Shown: positions 50,190 to 61,173 of the stretch, piece after piece
Layout: every line of letters begins with the position of its first letter
Numbering within the stretch: the first letter of the stretch is position 1
Assembly (NCBI GenBank): GCA_963456375.1
Contig: CAUOLH010000005.1
Coordinates: 5,912 to 69,911, forward strand
Direction: 5' to 3'
From: an uncultured Candidatus Saccharibacteria bacterium
GTDB taxonomy: Bacteria > Patescibacteriota > Saccharimonadia > Saccharimonadales > Saccharimonadaceae
DNA length: 64,000 nt
Translations under genes and position numbers: made by a program
The notes under the pieces: generated by a model
What the model was told of the DNA's origin: nothing
The model's input: only the letters and a program-made list of their open reading frames with translations
Database searches by the model: none

Positions 50190-53100
50190 ATGGATTTTCA
50201 CACTCGCTACGCCAAACTGAACGCCAATCAGCGCCAGGCAGTTGACTACATTCACGGCTCGCTCCTAGTGATCGCCGGGCCGGGCACGGGCAAGACCGAG
50301 CTGCTGAGCATGCGCACCGCCCAGATTCTGCGCCAAACCGACACGCTGCCGGATAGTATTTTGTGCCTGACGTTTACCGAGAGCGGTGCTGCCAACATGC
50401 GCCAGCGCCTGCGCCAGATTATCGGCGAGGATGCGTATAAAATCGCCATTCACACCTTTCACAGCTTCGGCATGGAGATTATCAATCAGCACCGGGAATA
50501 TTTTTTTCACGGCGCTGATAGCCAGCCGGCGGACGAGCTGACGCAGCACCAAATCGTGACGGGGATCCTGGAGGGGCTTGATTGGCGTAATCCGCTGAGC
50601 GTTAAAAACAACGGTAAATTCGTCTACACCAGCGAGCTGATCCGAGTCATTTCCGAGTTCAAGCAGAGCGGCCTCACGCCGGCGGAACTGCGGGCGATTA
50701 CGGCGGATAATCAGCGCGCTATCGCCGACATTACCGCTGACATCCAGCAAGTGTTTGCGAACAAAATTTCTAAAAAAACCATCGAGTTATTTGCGCCGCT
50801 GGCAGAGAACATTGCCAAGAGAGTCGGCGAGGGAAATTCTGCGAAAACCCGCGGAGGAGGCACTACAGAGCTTTCTAAAAATGCTGCCAATTCAGCACTG
50901 CATCACGCCGAACCGTCCGCCAATCTACCGTCCTCCATCACCCCGTACGCTCAGGTTCTGGCGCTCAGTATCGCCCACGCCACCCAAGAAGCGATCGACA
51001 CCAACTCCACCAAACCGCTAACCGCCTGGAAAAACAAATGGTGCGAAAAGAACGCCGCTGGTGAATTCGTCCTGAAGGATTTTACCGCCAGCGAGAAACT
51101 ATCCGCCGCCATTGACGTCTACGAAGCTTACGGCAACGTGCTGGCCGAGCGCTCGCTATTTGACTACGACGATATGATTTTGTCCGTCATTCAAGCCTGC
51201 GAAGCCCACCCGGAACTGCGCGCCAACCTACAAGAGCAATATCAATTCATCATGGTCGACGAGTTTCAGGATACCAACTTGGCGCAGTTGCGGCTGCTGT
51301 TTAATCTGACTGACGATGAGGACAATCCCAACATCATGGCGGTCGGCGACGACGACCAGGCGATTTTCAGCTTTCAAGGCGCGGACGTTGGCAATATTCA
51401 GCGCTTCCGCCAGCACTATCACGACCCGAGAATCATCGTGCTGACGGACAATTACCGCTCGGCGGCCGACATCCTGACGGCGGCGCGCGGGGTGATTACC
51501 CAAGGGACGGATCGCCTGGAGAATACCATTGACGGCTTGTCAAAGCAATTGACCGCGCACGCGTCTGGTAGCGGCGCGCAGGTTGAAATCCAGGAATTTA
51601 CCTCGGTAAGCGAGGAGCGGGCAGGAGTGGCTCAGCAAATTGCCGAGCTGATCAAATTCGGCGAAAACCCAGCGCACATCACCGTCATCGCCCGCCATCA
51701 CAAGGAGCTGATTGAGCTGCTGCCATACCTGTACCGCCAGAATCTGGCTGTCAATTACGAGCGGCACGACGATATTTTAGAGCAAGACATCATTCAGGCG
51801 CTGGACAAGCTAGCGCGGGTCGTCGTGGCGATTCATCAGAATAATCTCGATACCGCCAACAGTCTGCTGCCAGAGGTTATCGCTCATCCGGCATTCGGCT
51901 TTTCGGCGCTGGACATCTGGCAGCTCAGCCTCCACGCTTATAAAAATCGGCAGCTGTGGCTGGAGAGCATGCTGGCGAACAGCACCTTTCAGCCGTTTGG
52001 CGAGTGGCTACTAGAGCGGGCGAAGGACGTACCGAATCTGCCGCTGGAGGAGCAGTTGGACAAGTTGTTGGGGCTGGAAGCCGGAACTATCCCTATCGAC
52101 TCCTCTTTTCGCGCCGGGCGTCTGGGGACGCTCGGGCTGCAATCGCTGTACGGAGTCGATAGGGATAGTTCCGGCACTCACTCTGGCAGGGAATTCTTGC
52201 AATCAGCCGGCGAAGAGCCTTTGCTGGGACTCCGTACAGCGATTGCAGCCCGAGCGTCCCCAGACGCCCGGCGCGAAAAGAGGAGTCCTAGTAAAGGCTC
52301 TTCGCTTAATTCTCTCGCCACCCACTACTTCTCGCCAGAAGCCCTCGCTCAAAACCCCGATGCCTACCTGACCACGCTCGAGAGCCTGCGCACGCTGCGC
52401 CAAAAATTACGCGACCGCGCTACCGACGAAATCCCGACGCTGGCAGACTTTTTAGAGTTCATCGACCTACACCGCTCGACCAAAACCCGCCTGACACACA
52501 TCCGCCCCCAGGCCAGCACCCTCGGCGGCGCCATCAACCTGATGACCGCCCACAAATCCAAGGGCCTAGAGTTCCCGCATGTCTTCGTCATCGGGGCAAT
52601 CGACAGCGCCTGGGGCGAGAAAGTCCGCTCGCGCTCGCGGCTGATTCGCTATCCCGCCAACCTCCAACTCCAGCCCGCCGGCGCCAGCTACGACGAGCGA
52701 CTACGGCTATTTTTCGTAGCGATGACCCGCGCCAAAACCACCTTGACCATGACCTATTCCCAGACCAACGACGCCGGCAGCGACATCATGATCGCCAGCT
52801 TCCTGACCGACCACAAGCCAACGATTATCCCCGCCGCCGATACGCCCGCGGCGCAACTGACCGTGGCGCACACCGACTGGAGCACGCGGCTGAGCGCGCC
52901 GATTACCGCGGATCTCAAGGATGTGCTGGCGCCGACATTCGAAACCTACAAACTTTCCATTACGCATCTCAATAATTTCCTCGACGTCTCGCGTGGCGGA
53001 CCGCAGAACTTTTTGTTGAATAATCTGCTGCGTTTTCCGTCCGCCAAAAGCCCCGCCGCCAGCTATGGTACCGCCATTCACGCCAGTCTCCAGCAGCTGC

Positions 53101-53753
53101 ACAACCTGCTAGGCGCTGACCGCCGCCTGCCGCCTACCGAGCGCATTCTCCAATATTTCCGCACATCGCTCGAGGCCCAGCACCTGCTGTCCGACGACTT
53201 TGAACTATATATAGACAAAGGCACGGCGGCGCTGACGGCGTTTCTGGACGCCAAATCGTCCGAGTTTCATGACACCGAGCTCGCAGAACTCGATTTCGCT
53301 CACCAAGGCGTCGTCGTTGGCGGCGCCCGCCTGACCGGCAAGCTGGACGTCGCCGACATTGATAAGCATAATAAAACCATCTTCGTGACCGATTACAAGA
53401 CCGGCAAGCCGTCGCACTCCTGGAAGGGCATATCTGACTATGAAAAAATCAAGCTTCACAAATACCGCCAGCAGCTGATGTTTTATCAACTCTTGGTCAC
53501 GTCATCACGCGATTATGGCAATTTCACCTTCACCGGCGCCCGCCTGCAATTCGTCGAGCCAGATATGAAAACCGGCGACATCCTCAGCCTGGAGGACACA
53601 TTCTCTAGGGAAGAATTGGCTGAATTCGCCCGGCTGATCGGCATCGTCTGGCGGAAAATCACCACCCTGGAACTGCCGGATATTTCTGGGTATTCCGCGG
53701 ATTATAAGGGGATGGTGCAGTTTGAGGAGGATTTGTTGACAGAGGTAGCGTAG
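50190..53753 (+). CDS. UvrD/REP helicase fused to C-terminal PD-(D/E)xK nuclease (AdnB/AddA-like)
   Basis: AGPGTGKT, VDEFQD, VGDDDQAIF, NYRS, TAHKSKGLEF, FVAMTRA; GKLD...DYKTG nuclease motif. Confidence 0.95.
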   Translation: MDFHTRYAKLNANQRQAVDYIHGSLLVIAGPGTGKTELLSMRTAQILRQTDTLPDSILCLTFTESGAANMRQRLRQIIGEDAYKIAIHTFHSFGMEIINQHREYFFHGADSQPADELTQHQIVTGILEGLDWRNPLSVKNNGKFVYTSELIRVISEFKQSGLTPAELRAITADNQRAIADITADIQQVFANKISKKTIELFAPLAENIAKRVGEGNSAKTRGGGTTELSKNAANSALHHAEPSANLPSSITPYAQVLALSIAHATQEAIDTNSTKPLTAWKNKWCEKNAAGEFVLKDFTASEKLSAAIDVYEAYGNVLAERSLFDYDDMILSVIQACEAHPELRANLQEQYQFIMVDEFQDTNLAQLRLLFNLTDDEDNPNIMAVGDDDQAIFSFQGADVGNIQRFRQHYHDPRIIVLTDNYRSAADILTAARGVITQGTDRLENTIDGLSKQLTAHASGSGAQVEIQEFTSVSEERAGVAQQIAELIKFGENPAHITVIARHHKELIELLPYLYRQNLAVNYERHDDILEQDIIQALDKLARVVVAIHQNNLDTANSLLPEVIAHPAFGFSALDIWQLSLHAYKNRQLWLESMLANSTFQPFGEWLLERAKDVPNLPLEEQLDKLLGLEAGTIPIDSSFRAGRLGTLGLQSLYGVDRDSSGTHSGREFLQSAGEEPLLGLRTAIAARASPDARREKRSPSKGSSLNSLATHYFSPEALAQNPDAYLTTLESLRTLRQKLRDRATDEIPTLADFLEFIDLHRSTKTRLTHIRPQASTLGGAINLMTAHKSKGLEFPHVFVIGAIDSAWGEKVRSRSRLIRYPANLQLQPAGASYDERLRLFFVAMTRAKTTLTMTYSQTNDAGSDIMIASFLTDHKPTIIPAADTPAAQLTVAHTDWSTRLSAPITADLKDVLAPTFETYKLSITHLNNFLDVSRGGPQNFLLNNLLRFPSAKSPAASYGTAIHASLQQLHNLLGADRRLPPTERILQYFRTSLEAQHLLSDDFELYIDKGTAALTAFLDAKSSEFHDTELAELDFAHQGVVVGGARLTGKLDVADIDKHNKTIFVTDYKTGKPSHSWKGISDYEKIKLHKYRQQLMFYQLLVTSSRDYGNFTFTGARLQFVEPDMKTGDILSLEDTFSREELAEFARLIGIVWRKITTLELPDISGYSADYKGMVQFEEDLLTEVA
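52080..52175. mobile_element. 96-bp palindromic element, copy A (in frame in uvrD-like gene)
   Basis: Perfect 24-bp inverted arms 52080-52103/52152-52175 around a 48-nt loop containing the CCGGGCGTC/GACGCTCGG hairpin. Confidence 0.85.
52210..52305. mobile_element. 96-bp palindromic element, copy B (inverted relative to A)
   Basis: 24-bp arms 52210-52233/52282-52305 with 2 G-T pairs; 48-nt loop is the exact reverse complement of the copy A loop. Confidence 0.85.
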
Positions 53754-53769
53754 GCAATCTTGACAAAAA

Positions 53770-53815
53770 ATATTGACATAGCTTGCTATTATTGATATAT
53801 ATATACTTGCTTTTG
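53770..53815 (+). promoter_or_regulatory. TTGAC-N15-TGATATATATAT..GCTTTTG promoter, copy 4
   Basis: TTGACA at 53773, TGATATATATAT at 53793, GCTTTTG at 53809. Confidence 0.7.
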
Positions 53816-53955
53816 TTAACCGGAGCTGATTCTCGACAAGACGCCGCAAATGGCGTCAAGTCCTGACCATGCTTCGCACAAAAGCATGGTTCGAGAGGGG
53901 AGTTAGCTCTTTTCTACTGCCGCAACTCGCGGCGGGAAGGGGGTGAAGATCCCTT

Positions 53956-54132
53956 ATGCCTACGTGGAACGTTTCTGACCGGAACGTCGCTTTTACCAAG
54001 GTAGCCGGCGGTGAGAAGCTTTCGGACTTCGAACGCCGAAAGCTGGCTGAACTCGGCTCCCAGGCTGGAAAGCTAGGAACCGCCGCCAGAAAGGCGGTTG
54101 CCAGAGACGAGGAGCGCTTCGGTAAGCGCTAA
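53956..54132 (+). CDS. Unannotated 58-aa protein
   Basis: MPTWNVSDRNVAFTKVAGGEKLSDFERRKLAELGSQAGKLGTAARKAVARDEERFGKR; SD GGGGGTGA upstream; below the ORF-track length cutoff. Confidence 0.6.
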   Translation: MPTWNVSDRNVAFTKVAGGEKLSDFERRKLAELGSQAGKLGTAARKAVARDEERFGKR

Positions 54133-54265
54133 TCGTCTTTAGGGCAGTTTTCGTTTTGGCGGTCGGGGTTTGTGCGACCCCGAAACCGCTGACCTCGCGT
54201 CAGCAAAAGGGCGTCTGTCCGCCCCTGGCATGATTCCCCAGCCGGTAGCCCGGAAAAGAATCACG

Positions 54266-54345
54266 GGACGCGCAGGCTTGCCCCTCGAACTTCCACGACG
54301 AAGTGGTTGATCGAGGATGGACGGGTTCGATTCCCGCCGCGTCCA
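54266..54345 (+). ncRNA. tRNA-like element (acceptor stem and T arm, no canonical D arm or anticodon loop)
   Basis: GGACGCG/CGCGTCC stem plus discriminator A; CGGG-TTCGATT-CCCG T arm; CCTCGA/TCGAGG long middle arm. Confidence 0.6.
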
Positions 54346-54456
54346 CTGAGATGACACAACGATGTGTCATCTCTCACTCCTGGACTCGCGAGTTCACTCG
54401 TGGCAGTTTTTCTCAAAGACGAGATTAACTCCGAGCAGAACCGCTCGAGTCCGCCA

Positions 54457-54498
54457 CCCCTCACTCTCAATGGCGAGAGTGAGGGGATTTTCCTTTTT
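54457..54498 (+). terminator. Strong intrinsic terminator
   Basis: CCCCTCACTCTC / GAGAGTGAGGGG 12-bp perfect stem plus T-rich tail. Confidence 0.85.
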
Positions 54499-54515
54499 GT
54501 GGTAAAATAACAGAG

Positions 54516-55601
54516 ATGACATCATTTTGGGATAACCTGCCGCAGCCGTTTTTTGCTTTAGCACCGATGGAAGCCGTCACCGACGTGGTTTTTCGCCATG
54601 TCGTGAAGCAGGCGGGCACACCCGACGTGTTTTTCACCGAGTTTGCCAATGCCACGGGCTGGGTGCACGCCGGCGACAAGGCCATCGCTGGGCGACTCAT
54701 CAAAACCGACGATGAGCATCCGCTGGTCGCCCAAATCTGGGGTGGCGAGCCAGGTGATATGGAGCAATTTGCCGCTCACTGCACCAAGCTCGGCTTTGAT
54801 GGCATCGACATCAACATGGGCTGTCCCGCCAAATCCGCCATCAAAAGCGGGGGAGCGGCACTGATCCGCCGACCCGACGTGGCAGTCGCCGCCATCACCG
54901 CCGCTAAAACCGCTGAGCTACCGGTCAGTGTGAAAACCAGGCTGGGCTATTCACGCGTTGACGAGTGGAAAGAATGGCTGGGCACACTACTGGCACAGGA
55001 CCTCGCCAACCTAACCATCCACCTCCGCACCAAAAAGGAGATGAGCAAAGTCCCAGCGCATTACGAGCTCATCGACGACATCATCAAACTACGCGATGAA
55101 ATCGCCCCACAAACTCTCTTGACTATCAACGGCGATATCCGCAACCGAACCCATGGTCTAGAGCTAGTCCGTCAACATCCCGGCATCAACGGCGTCATGA
55201 TCGGGCGGGGGATTTTTAGCGATCCGTTTTGCTTTGTCGGAAGCAAGGTGAGCGAAGCATCTTCTGATGAGAAGACTGTGGATTGTTCGCGAATAGCGGA
55301 CAATCCAGCCGAACGCTCGCGCCAAATCTCCAGTGGAGATTTAAGCGAAAAGTGTGCTTCGAATCAGAACGGTGCGCCGTTCGCCAATGCTTTAGAACAC
55401 AAATCTGAACTAATCGCCTTATTACACTACCACCTTGATCTCTTCGACCACTACCAACCAACCCTCGGCCGCCCCTACGAAACCCTGAAACGCTTCTTCA
55501 AAATCTACATTCGCGACTTCGACGGCGCCAAAGAACTGCGCGAGAAGCTAATGCACACTAAAAACACCAGCGAAGTCCGCCAGATACTTGAAAAAATATA
55601 A
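54516..55601 (+). CDS. dus: tRNA-dihydrouridine synthase with in-frame insertion
   Basis: LAPME..TD, IDINMGCP, SVKTRLG, IH.RT, NGDI, MIGRG. Confidence 0.96.
   Translation: MTSFWDNLPQPFFALAPMEAVTDVVFRHVVKQAGTPDVFFTEFANATGWVHAGDKAIAGRLIKTDDEHPLVAQIWGGEPGDMEQFAAHCTKLGFDGIDINMGCPAKSAIKSGGAALIRRPDVAVAAITAAKTAELPVSVKTRLGYSRVDEWKEWLGTLLAQDLANLTIHLRTKKEMSKVPAHYELIDDIIKLRDEIAPQTLLTINGDIRNRTHGLELVRQHPGINGVMIGRGIFSDPFCFVGSKVSEASSDEKTVDCSRIADNPAERSRQISSGDLSEKCASNQNGAPFANALEHKSELIALLHYHLDLFDHYQPTLGRPYETLKRFFKIYIRDFDGAKELREKLMHTKNTSEVRQILEKI
55253..55382. repeat. Multi-hairpin in-frame insertion in dus
   Basis: CGAAGCA/TGCTTCG (55253/55361) enclosing hairpins 55279-55307 and 55324-55342; third hairpin 55367-55382. 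Confidence 0.65.
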
Positions 55602-55700
55602 CTTTTATTATATGAAAAGTAAGCACGGTTGAGCATATCAACCATCCAACCTATAGCAATAAAACCTGGATTTCTTGATTGGACCAAGTATAACTTAGTC

Positions 55701-56060
55701 CTAAGCTACTCCACGTTCCAGCTTCTTTAAACGATCCTCGTAATCATCAAGACGCGCGCTATGGCGATTCAGATCAGTACCAATAGCGTTAAGAATTTCA
55801 TTCTGGACTTCTTCATTCTCATCAAGGCGCTTATCTATACTATCAAGACGCTCGTTGATATCGTCAAAGCGCTTATCCATGCCATCAAGGCGCTTGTTGA
55901 TACTATCAAAACGCTTATCCATGCCATCAAGGCGCTTATCCGTGTTGTCAAGACGCCTGTTAATACCGTCAAAACGCTTATTTATCTCAGCAGTATGGCC
56001 GCTCAGCACTGATTCCATCAGCTGTTTTATGTCTGCCAAATCGTCGCTAGTCAAGCTCAT
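55701..56060 (-). CDS. Heptad-repeat coiled-coil protein
   Basis: R[FL]Dxx[DN]K repeated about 8 times; ATG 56060 is 6 nt after TATAAT. Confidence 0.85.
   Translation of the reverse strand: MSLTSDDLADIKQLMESVLSGHTAEINKRFDGINRRLDNTDKRLDGMDKRFDSINKRLDGMDKRFDDINERLDSIDKRLDENEEVQNEILNAIGTDLNRHSARLDDYEDRLKKLERGVA
55820..55985. repeat. Degenerate 21-bp tandem coding repeat
   Basis: Recurring ATCAA[GA][GA]CGCTT[AG]T units at 21-bp period. Confidence 0.85.
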
Positions 56061-56145
56061 GCAAAAATTATAGCACGGCATAGTAACGGCACGCAAATCA
56101 ATTCTATCGCCGTCAAAACACAATTATAACGATAGCAATCCAGAA

Positions 56146-56571
56146 TTACCGCCGTCGCTTGCGCCGATGAAGATCCGCCACTTTCAATCGCACCATGTGC
56201 CGGTCGATGAGCTGCTTGGCTTTTTCGCGCTCGACTTGGTCGCCGGCTTCGTCGCGGGCTTTGATGGCGCGCTCCAGCGCTGCCTGAGTTTCCGCCTCGA
56301 TGATATCGTCGCCGTGGTCGGCCTCATCCACTAGGATTTGCACTGATGAATAATCAATTTTCACCACGCCGCCGGAAATTGCGAAATATTCCAATTGGCT
56401 ATCCAAATCTTCTTTGTGGCGGCGCACAGTGATGACACCGTCCCGCGCAATCGTCACTAGCGGCTCATGACTCGGGAAAACGGATATTTCGCCGTCAATG
56501 GTTGGGATTGACAGCGAATAAACCTCTTCGTCGACCTTCGTGCCAACAAGTGTAACTAATGACAATTTCAT
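56146..56571 (-). CDS. atpC: ATP synthase F1 epsilon subunit
   Basis: GEISVFPSHEPL, AISGG, last gene of the operon. Confidence 0.95.
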   Translation of the reverse strand: MKLSLVTLVGTKVDEEVYSLSIPTIDGEISVFPSHEPLVTIARDGVITVRRHKEDLDSQLEYFAISGGVVKIDYSSVQILVDEADHGDDIIEAETQAALERAIKARDEAGDQVEREKAKQLIDRHMVRLKVADLHRRKRRR

Positions 56572-56573
56572 GG

Positions 56574-58085
<1,512 letters not shown>

Positions 58086-58109
58086 TTAATCTCACTTTTC
58101 ATATCGCAT

Positions 58110-58559
58110 CTATGCCTCCTGATAATCCATAATTATATCCAAAGAATAGCTCTTATCCGACAGCGCTCGACGAGCTGGTTCTATCATATCATCAGGAAAA
58201 CGCAAATTCAGTTTTTCTAAAGCCTCTAACGTCACGAAGTCAACCTGCTGGATTCCTTCTTCGCGCGGGGCAGGATAATCATCGGCAATGTGTCCCAGAA
58301 AAAACACAACCAGCGACATGCCAGAATCAGTATTTTTCAGCAGCACCGACAGAACACCGTCAATTGCAACTGTATAGCCAGATTCTTCCTTCGCTTCGCG
58401 TACCGCCGCCTCCACCAAACCTTCGCCCGGCTCGACATGTCCCGCCGGAAAATTCCATGTGCCTAATTGTCCGTAGTTATCTTTGCCCTCTTGAATAACT
58501 AATAATTTACCGTCTTTTACGACAACAGTGCTGACGAATAGGGTTGTGCTATTCATCAT
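58110..58559 (-). CDS. Nudix hydrolase inside the atp operon
   Basis: GHVEPGEGLVEAAVREAKEESG Nudix box. Confidence 0.93.
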   Translation of the reverse strand: MMNSTTLFVSTVVVKDGKLLVIQEGKDNYGQLGTWNFPAGHVEPGEGLVEAAVREAKEESGYTVAIDGVLSVLLKNTDSGMSLVVFFLGHIADDYPAPREEGIQQVDFVTLEALEKLNLRFPDDMIEPARRALSDKSYSLDIIMDYQEA

Positions 58560-59437
58560 TGTTCCATCGCCTCCACGCCGCCAGAAATTTCCGCCAGCTC
58601 CTGGGTGATCGCACCCTGACGGGCTTTGTTCATCGCCAGCGTCAAGTCATCCACCAGATCAGACGCGTTGTCTGTCGCATTCTTCATGGCCATCATCCGC
58701 ATAGAATGCTCCGAAGCGCGAGCGTCCAGCAATGCCTGCAGTAATCGCGCACCTGTCAAACGGTTCGCCACGGCGTCCAGCACTTCTGGAATACTCGGCT
58801 CGTATTTGGCATCAGAAACCGTATTCGAAACCTCGCTCGGATCGATCAATGCTTTAGTACCCGCCGGCAGCAAGCGCGACAGCTCCGCCGTCTGCACCAT
58901 GCTATTGACAAACCGCGTGTACACCAGCGTCACCGCATCAACCTCGCCATTCTCAAACATGCTAATGGCAGTGTTCAAAATCGTGTGAAAGGTGAGTCCA
59001 GACGGCTGATCTGGCAGGTCCTCGTACGTACCGATAATCTTCGTATCCTTCAGGCGCGAGGCAAACTGCGACGCCCGACGCCCAATTGTCAAGGTTAGAT
59101 TCTCGATACCGCGTTCGTCGTCGCGCTTCAGCAGCTCCAGATATTTCTTCAAGACATTGGTGTTATACGCACCAGCTAGACCCTTGTCGCTAGCGATGAC
59201 GATGATCAAACGCTTGGTAATTTTGCGGCGCTTAAACAGTGGGTGATTATCGGTCGCACCTTGGCTGGCCAGATAGCTCAGCAGCTCCTCGGCCGCCATG
59301 GTGTAGGGAGCCGAGGCCTTGTCCGCCTCTTGGGCGCGGCGCATTTTGCTGGCGGCCACCAACTGCATCGCCTTGGTGATTTGCTTGGTCGAATCCACCG
59401 AGCGAATGCGATTTTTCAACGCGCGGGTATTAGGCAT
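58556..59437 (-). CDS. atpG: ATP synthase F1 gamma subunit
   Basis: ITKAMQLVAASK, SDKGLAG, ASEHSMRM, NKARQGAITQEL. Confidence 0.99.
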   Translation of the reverse strand: MPNTRALKNRIRSVDSTKQITKAMQLVAASKMRRAQEADKASAPYTMAAEELLSYLASQGATDNHPLFKRRKITKRLIIVIASDKGLAGAYNTNVLKKYLELLKRDDERGIENLTLTIGRRASQFASRLKDTKIIGTYEDLPDQPSGLTFHTILNTAISMFENGEVDAVTLVYTRFVNSMVQTAELSRLLPAGTKALIDPSEVSNTVSDAKYEPSIPEVLDAVANRLTGARLLQALLDARASEHSMRMMAMKNATDNASDLVDDLTLAMNKARQGAITQELAEISGGVEAMEQ

Positions 59438-59638
59438 GGTTCTTCTCTCCTCTGCGCCTTTTTTGCCTTCTTAGTCCCTTTAGAACGTGGCGAGATACCG
59501 ATTTCCACATCACCCAATAATCTTGTTCTCTAGGAATCTTTGGACGATGCGTTTTCAATTGAAAATCATTCGCGCTATCTATAGCTCTACCGTAAGAATC
59601 AGCAGCTTGCTTAAATTCAGGCGAATCTCGTCTTAATT

Positions 59639-59642
<4 letters not shown>
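59430..59642 (-). CDS. Small hypothetical ORF between atpA and atpG
   Basis: 70 aa, GTGA overlap with atpA stop and overlap with atpG start; AT-richer than flanks. Confidence 0.45.
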
Positions 59643-61165
<1,523 letters not shown>

Positions 61166-61173
61166 TTTTCCTC

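Larger units (their letters stand above)
53810..54498 (+). ncRNA. Candidate large structured transcript containing a small ORF and a tRNA-like domain
   Basis: More than 12 hairpins, many with G-T pairs, between a promoter and a strong terminator. Confidence 0.6.

Noticed and set aside
52080..52305. Intein or self-splicing intron explanation for the in-frame inserts
   Set aside because: No C/S...HN intein termini, too short, and no group I/II intron core motifs recognised
54266..54345. tmRNA (ssrA) or canonical tRNA
   Set aside because: Acceptor strands are only 80 nt apart with no tag frame between them, no G3-U70, no canonical D arm or anticodon loop
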